From Azolla caroliniana (lineage: Eukaryota > Plantae > Polypodiophyta), in NCBI GenBank assembly GCA_043228905.1, contig JBHGNT010000007.1, positions 10,974,001 through 11,038,000 on the forward strand: a stretch of DNA of 64,000 nt. Reading direction: 5' to 3'. Below, piece after piece: positions 1 to 11,421 of this stretch. Below the pieces are notes generated by a model that had not been told where the DNA came from, made no database searches, and saw only the letters and a list, made by a program, of their open reading frames with translations. The position numbers and the translations under genes were made by a program. Position 1 is the stretch's first letter; each line of letters starts with the position of its first letter.

Positions 1-599
1 TCAAGCCAGGTCGAAGTCCAAAGGTAAGCTAACATACTTTTATTGTGGAAAGACTGGACATTTCCAGAAGGACTGCCGACATCTTAAGAAGGACAAGAGT
101 GTCGGTAATAATGTCGAACCCAGGAAGATTCCTGATGAAAAGGGCACTTCGCCCATTGCTACGAGCAATGAAGAACTTCTGTTCATCTTTGAACAGACAA
201 GTGCAAACCTATCGAGTGAAGAATGCATTTGGGTTATCGACACCGGTGCATCTGTCCATATAACTCCGTCGAGAGAGTACTTCTCGACTTAGATAACCGG
301 GGATCATGGTTATGTAAAGATGGGTGACAATGGAGAGTGCAAGATAGTTGGAGTTGAAAGTGTCTGCTTGACAATGTTGACAGAGTGTCGACTGACCCTT
401 AAGGAAGTTCGACATGTCCCCAATATCAGATTGAATCTGATATCGACTGGAAGGTTGGATGACAAAGACTACAGTGGTAGCTTCCGAAATGGCAAGTGGA
501 AGTTCTGCCGTGTCAACCTCATAGTGGCACGAGCACAAAAAGAGGGCACACTGTATATGATGCACACCCATTGTGCAAGTCGGAAGCGAATGTGGTAGT
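1..599 (+). mobile_element. Decayed Ty1/copia (Tnt1-like) gag zinc knuckle-protease fragment
   Basis: Translation gives xFYCGKTGHFQKDC knuckle, WVIDTGAS protease motif and LTLKEVRHVPNIRLNLIS; stops and frameshifts; interrupted at 600 by an LTR. Confidence 0.9.
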
Positions 600-1139
600 T
601 ATTGGGAAATCGGTCCCTCCAGATGGGATCTGGTGATGAATGAAGAGGACCCAGTGAGAACCGGAAGAGATACGAAAACTGGAGGAGACCCGGTGAGAAC
701 CGGAAGAGAGACATATCTGTAAATATGTTTCTTGAGTAAGCCTATTGAGGTTATATTTGTAAATAGCCCTAAGTTCATATACGTATAAATATGACTTAGG
801 GCAATCACTTTATGTGGATGTTGTTGGAGTTGTTATATTGTTGTACAGAGAGCGAGAGAGAGTGAGTGTGAGATACAGAGTGATACTCTGTTGTAACTGC
901 TGGTTGGCGAAGATACAGAGGTCGAGGTTGTTGCCTCCGAGGCTCTGATTGTACCTTTCTCCTATAGTGATAGTTGGAGTCGGTGGGCTCCCGTGGTTTT
1001 TCCCACTTAGGGTTTTCCACGTAAATATCCTGTGTATTTCCTTTTGTGTACTACCCACTTCCCATTTCTGTGTTTCATTCTCAGAGAAGGGATTCAAGAC
1101 TCGGTTGTGGCCGAGCAATATTCCGTGCATTTCTCTTCA
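600..1139 (+). repeat. 5' LTR of copia-B
   Basis: Starts TATTGGGAAATCGGTCCCTCC (TG mutated); homologous to LTRs at 13667-14363, 48133-48822 and 53549-54175; followed by degenerate Met PBS TAGTAATAGAGC (1143-1154) and gag. Confidence 0.8.
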
Positions 1140-2295
1140 AACTAGTAATAGAGCGAACAACACAAAAACTGGAAGAATCGTTTGGCGGCATGTTCAAGAT
1201 CACCGGCTCCAACTACTCAGTGTGGAAGTCGAAGATGAGGGATATGTTGGTGGTCAAAGATCTTTGGTTGCCCGTTCAGTTCGGGGACAAGAGACCGGAT
1301 AAGATTGACGCCATAGTGTGGGAGGTGATGCACATGAAGACGACGGCATACATCCGGTGCTTCATAGACATGAATTCTGGGAGAAGATCGGCATCATGTT
1401 CCAGAACAAGAATGTTGTAAATTGGGTTTCGATATTCCGGAAGCTAGTGAGGCTCCGGTACCAAGACGACTCTAGTATGGCGGAGCACATGAATGCCTTC
1501 CAGGGACTGATCCACCAGGAAACCTCGTTGGAAGTACCTCTTGCCGATGAGGTACTTGCATTACTCCTGCTCGGTTCCCTCCCGGATAGTTGGGAGACGC
1601 TAGTTGTCCCGTTGGGCAACGCCGGGCCAGAAGGAAAACAGTTATCCCTAGCAAGGGTAAAATCAAGTTTGCTAGATGAAGAGGCTCGCCGGAAGGACCG
1701 GGAGTCGGGAGCCGATCCGAAGGCCTTGGTCACGGAAGATGACCAAAACTAGGGGATGGGCCGGTATTGGAGTCCCCAAAACCGGGACAAATCGGGGACG
1801 AGGTCAAAGTCAAGGGGGAGGCCTACTTGCTTCTACTGTGGGAAGCCGGGGCACTTCAAGAAGAATTGTCGGCATTTCCGGAAAGAGAAAGAAACCGGCA
1901 CCACTGATTCGAGGAAGAGTTCAGACCGAAACGGTTCGGACCGGAGAGACCCGGATTGGAAGGGGACGTTGGCGATCGCGACAAGTGAAGAAGAACTGAT
2001 GCTCATTACTGAAGAGAATGAGTTAAACTTGTCGGCGATGAGACAACGTGGGTTGTCGATTCCGGAGTGTCGTTCCACCTGACAACGGACCGAAAATGCT
2101 TCTCAACCTACACCACCGGTGATCATGGTTGTGTCCATATGGGGAATGAAGGTACATGCCGAATTGTCGGCATTGGAGATGTGTCGTTGACGACATTAAC
2201 CGGATGCAAGCTGCTGCTGAAGGATGTCCAACACATTCCGGAGGTTTGACTGAACCTGATACCAGTCGGTCGGCTAGATGATGAAGGCTACACGG

Positions 2296-2974
2296 TGTCG
2301 TGAAGAAAACCGTCCCCAGGCGCAAACCGTGTATAGTGTGTGTGAACCGGCCCTTACACGTGGGCACGTCCCTTGTCGTATAGTAGATAGGTAGGCACAA
2401 AGGTTAAATCCTAGGTAGCAATATTCTGTAAGGGAAATCAAGGAGTATCTCTGTTCGAAAGGACAGAGAATTAATGTGATGTAAACGGGTGAAACGGCCT
2501 CCCTCCTTGAGCTATAAAAGAGAGGGAGACGGACAAGAGAAGGGATCGCGCACCAGAGGGGGACGAAGTGCTGTCGGACTAGGACCGAGCTCTTCTCCAC
2601 TGTAGGTCTCCATAGCTTTCTTCGTGCAGGTTCTCGAGAGGCTGATTCTGCTCCGTGGAACGCCCGTGTGCTTCCGGCAGAATCTCCATCTTGCCCCCCT
2701 GTGTGCATGGGTGATCAGGCGTCGGCACCCGTCTCGCCGACCTGATCGGCTGTAACCGTTCGAGTCATCTGCATACATTTATTTATATATGCGTTCTTAT
2801 ACTCTATCTCCTGCCCAACTGGTGTCTGTCGTGTTGTTATGCTGCGCTCCCGCGCGCTTCTTTATCTATCCGTGTGTGAGCGTGTCTCTCTCTTTCCCTT
2901 TTCTCACCTATTCCTCGGTCCAAGACCCCAGTGGTCTCGCCTTGTTCTCCACGCACGCGCGTAATAACGCGACA
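2296..2974 (+). repeat. 5' LTR gypsy-1
   Basis: Near-identical to 8703-9363 (roughly 20-25 substitutions by eye plus one 18-bp indel); TATAAAA at ~2514. Confidence 0.97.
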
Positions 2975-2978
2975 TATT

Positions 2979-2996
2979 TGGTGAACCCGACGTGAA
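2979..2996 (+). promoter_or_regulatory. Primer-binding site complementary to tRNA-Trp
   Basis: TGGTGAACCCGACGTGAA 4 nt after the LTR; matches the recalled plant tRNA-Trp 3' end TTCACGTCGGGTTCACCA. Confidence 0.88.
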
Positions 2997-3043
2997 CAGG
3001 CGGAAGAGGAGTAGAAGATGAGGGGTCGGACCTTGCAGAAGCC

Positions 3044-5144
3044 ATGGCTTCGGCTGTAGACCGCATAGTGAGTGCGCGCGAAGGCACTGACGCCCTTGAT
3101 AGGGCTATCGAGGCGGTTGTCGGTACGATCGGCCGGTTTAGTGGGAAGGATGCCATGAGCTACTTGGCGTCCTACCGAGCTGAGAGGGTAATGAGGGACA
3201 TTCTGCAAGAGAGGCGTCTAGCCGGATTCCCTCGAGTGGCGATGCCGGGTATCCATACGGAGGTGCTCGAGGTACGGGCCGAGAGCTGGACCTGGGAGGA
3301 GTTCGAAGGTCAGCTCCTCGAAAGATACGGGCTTGAAGATGCGCTTCGACTTTCGAAGCGGGACTTCATGGAGTGTGTGGAGACCCCCGACAAAGGAAGG
3401 AATGCGTTAGTGCTCCTTCGGGAGTTTGAGGAACGCTTCGTGCGCCTCTCGGTGCTTGACCGGACCGTTCTGGACACAAGCCGTGTCCTATTGTTTGTTA
3501 AGTCGGTTGACGAGCGGGATCAGGAGCAGGTAGGCCTCGTATTGGAGACTGATGACGGGCTGACAACCGACTGGGCCGTGGTGAAAAGGGTCTGTGGCCG
3601 TTTCGACAAACGGCGGGAATGGGTTGACAAAGGATCGACAGGGGCAGGCTATGTCGCAGCAAAGAAGCTCGAGCCAACACCACCAACGCGAAGGGAAGAG
3701 ACCTGAGATTGGCTCGAGACCGGGTCGGCTTCAACCGGCATGGTCAAGGGCTCGTCCGGGGGAGCAGCTCTGGAGGAGCTGACGCGGATGGTAAAGGATC
3801 TCTAGATCGCCCAGGCATGGAAGGATGGTGGCGAACAGGCCCATGACCGACGACCTCTGGCTGGAAACAGGTGCATGTGGTGTGACGCGGTTGGGCACAT
3901 CCGGAAGGACTGCGGGGACTTCGTCGAGGTGATGAGAAGCAACATGGTGTACCTGTGGAACGGTCGTGTGCACGCCAGCGAGACCCGAAGGGCCCTGAAC
4001 CTGAACGTCGGGCGAGGGGGTATGAAAAGGCTGATGGAGGAGGCGGCGGCTCGTCACGCGGAGACCGTCCACTACTCGGCGTCAGCTGGTATTCAGGTCG
4101 CAGGTGGCGAGGCCTCGAAGACGAACAAAGCCGGGTTCTGGCCGACGATGCTAGAAGGCCTCGCCGGCGCACGACTAAGGAAAGAAGAGGCGGACCGCGC
4201 GGAAAAATGGGTCAGGGAGGTAATCGGATGGAGTGACCCCCGGTGGAAGAAAAGATGGGCTTCGTCGAAGCCGCTTGTCAAAACTATGAGGCTCTAGTGG
4301 AGGACAAGCGGGTAGGGAAAACCGGAGGGGCCGGGCCCTCGCAACGATATGAAACTCAATTTGGGCAAAGGCAGAATGAGGCCGGTGTACTCGGCGCCCA
4401 GGATAATCCCAAGAAGGGCGGGTACCGGCTGGGACAGAAATCAAAAGATCCACAGACCTACGAAAGGTCCTGGAAGAACGAATCCTCGACAGCAAGGTGG
4501 AACTGTCTCTAAGGGAAGTGCTTGGGATCGCCAAGAAGGAGTTCCACGACTCCATCGTAGACTTGGTGAAGAGGAAGAGGCTGTCGACGGAGACAGAATC
4601 GGAGAAGCCGGTGGAGGTGCGGACGACGCACATAGAGGACATGGCGCTGGAAGACGAGTTGGCGGAGAGCCACTATTCGAGGCCACACTGGGCCAGAGCG
4701 ACCACGAAGACCCCTGTGAAAATCGGAGATGTTCATGAACTGGTGGTGGCGTTGGTGGACCACGGTTCAGAAATCAACTTGATGTCCATGGACTTCTATA
4801 AGAAGGGGAAATGGCCGATCAACACCAAGCACGGGTGGAAAATACGGGCAGCGACGCGTGCCACCGAAGAACTGCATGGAGCCTGCCCGAATGTACGAGT
4901 AAAGATTGACGATGTCGAGATTGACCAACACTTCTTCGTGCAGGAGACGTCCTCACATCCGGTTATACTAGGAGAACCGTACATCACGACAGCACGGATG
5001 GAGACCAAGGTGCTGGACAATGACTCGGCCTATGCAAGGGTCAAGAGCCAGGATGGGCGTCACTCGGTCCAATTCCTGACGGTGACACCGAACCATGAGC
5101 GGAACCGCGAGACCCTTGGGGGCAAAAGCCGAGAGGATTTTTAG
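3044..5144 (+). pseudogene. gag-protease ORF1 of gypsy-1 (disrupted)
   Basis: ORF pieces 3044-3706, 3875-4297 (CMWCDAVGHIRKDC knuckle) and 4497-5144 (ALVDHGSEINLM aspartic protease). Confidence 0.88.
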
Positions 5145-8100
5145 AGAGGGCTATCAATGCGTGGGGCCGCGATAGTCCGGACACTCCGGGAAAACCCCAC
5201 AAGTGTACGGTAGCGAAGAAGACCTGTATTATAAGTAGGAAATTTTGGTTCTCCGACAACGAAGGGTGTACGATAGTCAACGTTGTTGGACGGAAGAAGA
5301 AAAGGGCGGAGGAGCGACTTCGGGCATGTGGTATCCTCGGCCTCGGAGAGGAAATCAACGGAGCCGTGGAGGCGGTCTCTCTCGACGATACCTTGGGGGA
5401 GCTACGAGAGGTAGTCGGAGGAGTCCTTAAAGAGGACCGGACGATTCCGGTATGTTCAGAAAGGATGTACGAAGTCATCACCGACTTCAGTAGAGGGCTC
5501 GAGTCGGATCGGACGGCCCGGGTGGACACGAGGTACAAGACTGTGGACCGGAAGGTGAGGCCAGTCGCAACTCCCTTGCCGGAGGGCAGCGAGTTGCGAA
5601 TAAAGGGGGTTGCGTCGGACCTGAGTTTACGAAATCCGACCCGCATAGGACATACGTTCACCGACATAACGTTGCGCGAGCTCAAAATCGGTGGGGGCGG
5701 CTTCCTACTACTGGCGGAAGAGGACTGTTTTCGGGGAATGCTCGGAAGGCACGGGAAGGCTTTCGCATTCTCACTGGAGGAGATCGGGTGCGTAGACCCG
5801 ACAGTCGTGGAACCGATGGTGATATTCATGGTACCGCATGTGCCGTGGAGTCTCAAACCGATTCCAGTACCCAGAGCTCACATCCCGAAGCTGATGGAGC
5901 TGTTAAAGGAGAAGATCGAGATGGGAATCCTCGAACCATCGAGTGCCCCATACTCGAATCGGTGGTTTACCGTGCTGAAGAAGGACGACACGCTGCGCTT
6001 TATTCAAGACCTGCAACCGGTCAACAAGGTGACCATTCCAAACGCAGGAATCGGACCGACAATAGACGAGTTCGCGGAGACCTTCGCCGGAAGGTCGATT
6101 TACTCGGTCGGTGATCTCTACTCGGGGTACGATCAGTTCTAGCTTGCCGTAGAGAGCAGAGACATCACAACGATGCGAACTCCTCTCGGCCTAGTACGGA
6201 TGTGTACCCTGCCACAAGGAGGGACGAACTCGGTGGCTCACATGGTGAACGCAATGAACAAAGTGCTGAGGGATTGTATCCCGGACATCACCATGTCGAT
6301 TTTGGACGACGTCCCGATCAAGGGGTGCCCGGTGGAGGAAAGGGACGAGACGATCGGACTGGACGGATGCCGGAAATTCGTGGCGACGCACATCGATGAC
6401 TACGAGAAGGTGCTGCAGAGGTTGGAGAGAGCGAGGCTCACCTTCTCCGGGGGAAAATCGGCCTTCGGGCAATCAGAGATCATGGTCGTCGGACACCTAT
6501 GCGGGCCGTACGGCCAGAAACCATCTCCGGCTAAGGTAGAAGCCATCTCCACGATGAAGAACGATTGTAGCTCAGTCACGGAGGTTCGGAGGTTTTTGGG
6601 AGCGTGCGCATTCTACCACATATGGATCCCGCATTACGCTCACGTCGCGGAGCTGTTATACGGATTGCTGAAAAAGGGGCGAAAATTCGAGTGGAGAGAT
6701 GAGCATACGGAGTCTGTCCGGAAGATGAAGGAAGCACTTGCCGCGGCTCCGGCGCTTCGAAAGGCTGTCTACGGAAAGAGCATTCCAATTTACGTAACGG
6801 TAGACACGAGTCCGACCGGGATCGGATGGGTCGTCAACCAAGAGGACGAGGACGGCATGCATTCCCCGATCCGGTTCCGCGCGAAGGTCCTCAGCGAACA
6901 ATAGCAAGGCTACACCCAAGTTAAACGCGAGCTCTGGGGTATCGTTTCGGCGGTAAAGGCCGATAAAGACTACCTGATCGGGACAGAGGTAATTATCGAG
7001 ACAGACTGCATGCCGATCCTTGGCATGGTTTCCGGATGCGTGACGCCAGACCTGGCAATGCTCAGGTGGATAGCGTACATCATGTCCCTGAATCCGGAAA
7101 TACGACACATTTCCGGGAAAGACAACGCCATGGCCGACATGCTTTCAAGGGCGAGGTTCGAAAACGACGGCGGCATGGTTTCAGAGAACGAGGAAGTCGG
7201 CGTGGACTTCTTCGAGGCGGCTTACGTAACAACCGGTAGGGAATGCTCTCCAACACTTAATGATTTTGACGAGAGCAAGTATGACGGGGAGTGGCTGCAG
7301 ATCGGCGGTCTTGAGAACAATGACACCGGACGCGGCATGGACAACGGACGAGGCAAACCGGATTCGGAAGAAAACCTACCGATTCTTTCTCCGGGACGGA
7401 TACACATGGAAGCACCCGAAGAAGAGGAATGACATCCCGCTCCGAGTGGTGGTGAAGAAGGAGGACTAGGAGGATTTGCTGGCGGCGTACCACGATAGCC
7501 CGTGGGCTGGACATCGTGGAACGTGGGCCACGTTCGAAAAGCTAAAGGGGAAGTACTGGTGGCCGGGACTATACCAAGACGTGCATCGGTTCGTGACGAC
7601 TTGCGAAAGCTGTCAGGGGCACTCCATGATTCGACATCGGGACGAGCTTCACCCGACCTACCCTCCGACCGTCCACTTCAAGTGGATGGTGGATTTGGTG
7701 ACGATGCCAATGGGGGTAGGACAGTTGCGGTATCTGGTGCTGGCTCGGGAAGATCTAACGAACCAGGTTGAAGGCCGAGCCCTGCAGAACAAGACGACGG
7801 GAGCCGTGTGCCGGTTTTTGATTGAGGACGTAGTATGCCGATACGAGTGCATAAGGAAGATCGTGGCTGGCCGTGGTGAGTTGGACGCAAAAGAGGCCAA
7901 AGAGTTGTTCGACCGGCTAGGAGTCAAACTTTCGCTCACCACAACGTACTATCCGGAGGCGAACGGGAAGGTGGAGCGCGGACACGGGCCAATTGTCAAA
8001 GCGCTAGTACCGGCGTGCAGAGGCCGAGTCGGGGACTGGCCACGACTGCTACCTTATGCCTTGTGGGCAGACCGGACTACGCACAGTTCGGTAACCGGGT

Positions 8101-8627
8101 TGATGCCGGTCGAGCTGATGTTCGGACAAAAGCCGATCATGCCAACAGAGCGAACGATCTCCTCGTGGGCCACAGTGGACTGGAGGGATGAGATAAGCCG
8201 GGAAGAACTGTTGGCAGCGCAGATTCGACAGCTCGAGCGGAGGCCGAAGGACGTAGAGCGAGCCGCGGAGAAACTTCGGGTAGCGAGGATAAGGAACAAA
8301 GCTCGGTTCGACCGAACACACCGGCTCCGGCCAAGGAAGATCGAGGAAGGCAATTGGGTGCTAGTCTACGACAGCAGCCTCGACAATCAGCACAGGGCCA
8401 CGTGGAAGTTTGCAAGGAGGTGGTTCAGGCCTTACGTAGTAACAGGCGCCAATGGCAATGGGACGTACCATCTCGCGGAGCTCGACGGTACGAGAATGGC
8501 GATACCGATAGTGGGGAAGAGGATCAAAGCGTTCAAGAAACGAAACGATGGTGAGCCGGAGCTAGGGGGCATGGACAACAACGACGAGCAGCCCGAGGCG
8601 GAGGATGAACCGGTAAACGAGGAATAA
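5135..8627 (+). pseudogene. pol (RT-RNase H-integrase) of gypsy-1, in the -1 frame
   Basis: LRFIQDLQPVNK, DLYSGYDQ, LDDVPIKG (RT); VDTSPTGIG (RH); GHRG..TF/CESC zinc finger and PEANGKVER (INT); a few stops. Confidence 0.92.
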
Positions 8628-8687
8628 AAGCAAGGATCGGTTTTCTCCCATAGAACCCAGTTTTGGCGCATACCGGTGGATGCGCGG

Positions 8688-9363
8688 TTAGGTGGGGGCG
8701 GATGTCGTGAAGAAAACCGTCCCCAGGCGCAAACCGTGTATAGTGTGTGTGAACCGGCCCTTACACGTGGGCACGTCCCTTGCCGTATAGTAGATAGGTA
8801 GGCACAAAGCTTAAATCCTAGGGAAATCGAGGAGTATCTCTGTCCGAAAGGACAGAGAATTAATGTGATGTAAACGGGTGAAACGCCCTCCCTCCTTGAG
8901 CTATAAAAGAGAGGGAGACGGACAAGAGAAGGGATCGCACGCCAGAGGGGGACGAAGTGTTGTCGGACTGGGACCGAGCTCTTCTCCTCTGTAGGTCTCC
9001 ATAGATTTCTTTGTGCAGGTTCTCGAGAGGCTGATTCTGCTCCGTGGAACGCCCGTGTGCTTCCGGTAGAATCTCCATCTTGCCCCCCTGTGTGCGTGGG
9101 TGATCAGGGGTCGGCACCCGTCTCGCCGACATGATCGGCTGTAACCGTTCGAGTCATCTGCATACATTTATTTATATACGCATTCTTATACTCTATCTCC
9201 TGCCCAAATGGTGTCTCTCGTGTTGTTGGGCTGCGCTCCCGCGCGCTTCTTTGTCTATCCGTGTGTGAGCGTGTCTCTCTCTTTCCCTTTTCTCACCTAT
9301 TCCTCGGTCCAAGACCCCAGTGGTCTCGCCTTGTTCTCCACGCACGCGCGTAATAACGCGACA
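8688..9363 (+). repeat. PPT (8688-8702) and 3' LTR (8703-9363) of gypsy-1
   Basis: TTAGGTGGGGGCGGA precedes TGTCGTGAAG; direct repeat of the 5' LTR. Confidence 0.95.
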
Positions 9364-9775
9364 ACGGGTAGCATCCGGAACGGATTCATGAAGTTTTGTA
9401 AAGGGAGCCTAATAGTGGCTCGAGCCTAGAAGGTCAACACTCTGTACCTGATGAATGCCTGGATATGCCGGGAAGAAGTGAACGTAGCATCCGACATTGC
9501 CGATGACCTATGGCACAAAAGACTGTGTCACATGAGTGAGAAGGGGATGAAGAGGCTTGCCGAAAACAACCCCATTCCGGTGAAGGACGTGCAACTTGAG
9601 AAGTGCATTGATTTCCTGGCCGGCAAGCAAAACCGAACCTCCTTCCGGTCAAGACCACTGATGAGACGGAATGCACCATTGGAGTTGGTGCATACCGATG
9701 TGTGTCAAGTGGACACGAAGTCACATGCCGGATCACAGTACTTCGTGACGTTCATAGACGACCACAGCCGGAAGC

Positions 9776-10282
9776 TGTTATAGGTTTTAGGGTTAGGGTT
9801 AATGGTAATGATGATTATCGATGACGAAGATAGAAATGGTGGAATAGTGAAGATGGTGGAGAGTATGATGGTGAGAGAGATTGAGATGAAGATGTTGACA
9901 AGTGATTGAGATGCATTACGGGGTGGGGGGTGGTGCCTAGAATGGCTCCACCCCCCCCCCCCCAAGGGGGTTCAACGTTAAGGGGAGATAGAAGAGAGAG
10001 ATTGAGAGAGAGAGAAATGGTTATTCATCATTCATTCCCCATAAGGGGGTTAAATAGTACAAGAGGGGGTAGATACAAAGGGGTGTAAGCCCCCTAGAGC
10101 ATTCATACTGGACACTCACTCATACCTCGTATCCATCCACATGCACACACGTGTGCATGTGTTCGCATACGTATCGACTCACAATTACATTTATGCCCCC
10201 TACACACACACAACAATCATCATGATAACATTTTACCCTCGCTCATCACATTGACTCTCCGTACATCTCGTACGGGGTAACA
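9776..10282 (-). repeat. LTR (type X) of a related gypsy family, forming the left end of the composite
   Basis: TGTTA...TAACA ends; minus-strand CTATTTAA TATA-like box; followed internally by the same TGGCACGCCCGTGGGA motif as 11286; not similar to 21063-21498. Confidence 0.75.
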
Positions 10283-10287
10283 CAATA

Positions 10288-10328
10288 TGGCACGCCCGTG
10301 GGAAAGTGCCTTGCACGTCGATCCCACA
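10288..10328 (-). promoter_or_regulatory. tRNA-3'-end-like motif at the PPT position (copy 1)
   Basis: Minus strand TGTGGGATCGA-CGTGCAAGGCACT-TTCCCACGGGCGTGCCA, 5 nt before the LTR start. Confidence 0.75.
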
Positions 10329-11049
10329 TGCCTTGATGATGATATTTCTTCGACCGGAACTTCCATCAGTCCTTTCAACGATCGACTCCCTCAATCAGAA
10401 TGCTTGACTCGAACATCTTTGTCGGTCAACAAATCGTCCGCGACACAAACATTCTCGTTTTGTCGGCTTACGAACTTCGTCATGGGTCCAAAATCATGTA
10501 TGTGTGTTCTTCCTTTGTTTTGAGTGTGTGTGAGTAGTCTTGGGGATTTTCAAAATTCTAGTGGTGCCCTCTTATTTTTTAAAAATTTGATATGTACCCT
10601 TGAGGTTTCACAATTTCATTCAGCACCCTCAAGGTTTCAATATTTGTTACATGCCCCCCCCTTTTTTTTCTTCTTTTTCCCTTTGTTTTCAATTTTATTC
10701 TAGGTTTTTCTCTTTATTTCTTCTTCTTGCTCTTGTATCTCTGTCTCTCTCGTGCTCAGGTCTGTCTTTGTATGCCTTTCTCTTCTTCGATTTTCTTCTT
10801 TCTCTTCTTTTTCTCTCTTTCTTCTTCTTTTGCTGTCTTTCTTCTCCGTCTCTCCATGTCTTCCATGACTTCTTCCATTTTTCCTCTCTTTCTTTCTTTT
10901 CTTCTCTGTTTGTGCTGCTCCATCCTTTCTTCTCCTTCATTCTTTTTTCTTCCTTTTGCACTATTTCTCCTCGTTCTATGCCTGTTTTTGCTTCCTCTCC
11001 TTCTAAAGCTCCATAGTATCCATCCCTCGGCGCCAATCGCCGTCTGTCT

Positions 11050-11283
11050 CTCAGCTTTTATTAATTCACCGCTAACTATTACATTGTATCCGGGCCTTTA
11101 AATAGGTTTCCGGTCTGTATTACAAAATGGTGCCATCCGCACCTGTTCGGGATCGGTTCGGATCCGGAACGGCATACCGATTCCGGTCCGTCCGTCCACA
11201 CTCATAGCTTACTTACAACCATATTCCTACTACTCAATTAACTCTTCGTTTCCCACTTTGGACTCCTTTGACGGCCGGTAACA
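11050..11283 (-). repeat. Partial 3' LTR (U3-R) of gypsy-2
   Basis: 234-bp near-identical direct repeat of 21265-21498; ends just after minus-strand AATAAAA. Confidence 0.93.
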
Positions 11284-11285
11284 CA

Positions 11286-11329
11286 TGGCACGCCCGTGGG
11301 ACAGTACCTTGTACGTCGAATCCACAACC
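11286..11329 (-). promoter_or_regulatory. tRNA-3'-end-like motif at the PPT position (copy 2)
   Basis: Minus strand GGTTGTGGATTCGA-CGTACAAGGTACT-GTCCCACGGGCGTGCCA-TG-TGTTACC(LTR); no purine tract. Confidence 0.8.
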
Positions 11330-11421
11330 GACCCTTGCTATTCTTCGTCCAAAATATCCAGAATGCTTTGTTCAAGAGGCTCCAATGGTTCATCTGGAAT
11401 TGGTTGTTGTTGTTGCTGTTG

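Larger units (their letters stand above)
2296..9363 (+). mobile_element. Full-length Ty3/gypsy LTR retrotransposon (gypsy-1), mildly decayed
   Basis: Direct LTRs TGTCG...CGACA; 4-bp TSD ACGG (2292-2295 / 9364-9367); PBS and PPT; domain order gag-PR-RT-RH-INT. Confidence 0.97.

Noticed and set aside
5041-5856. 271-aa antisense ORF (also 19106-19774 and others)
   Set aside because: Shadow ORFs opposite GC-rich gag/pol with no recognisable motifs
9783-9800. TTTTAGGGTTAGGGTT telomere-like repeats at the LTR X end
   Set aside because: Only about 2 units; telo-box-like motifs are common in plant LTRs
10600-11101. Hydrophobic 'membrane protein' ORFs
   Set aside because: Arise from a CT-rich low-complexity tract in a retroelement 3' UTR
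11286-11329. A bona fide tRNA gene
   Set aside because: Only the 3' ~30 nt resemble tRNA, CCA is encoded and no D or anticodon arms are visible; treated as a primer-related motif
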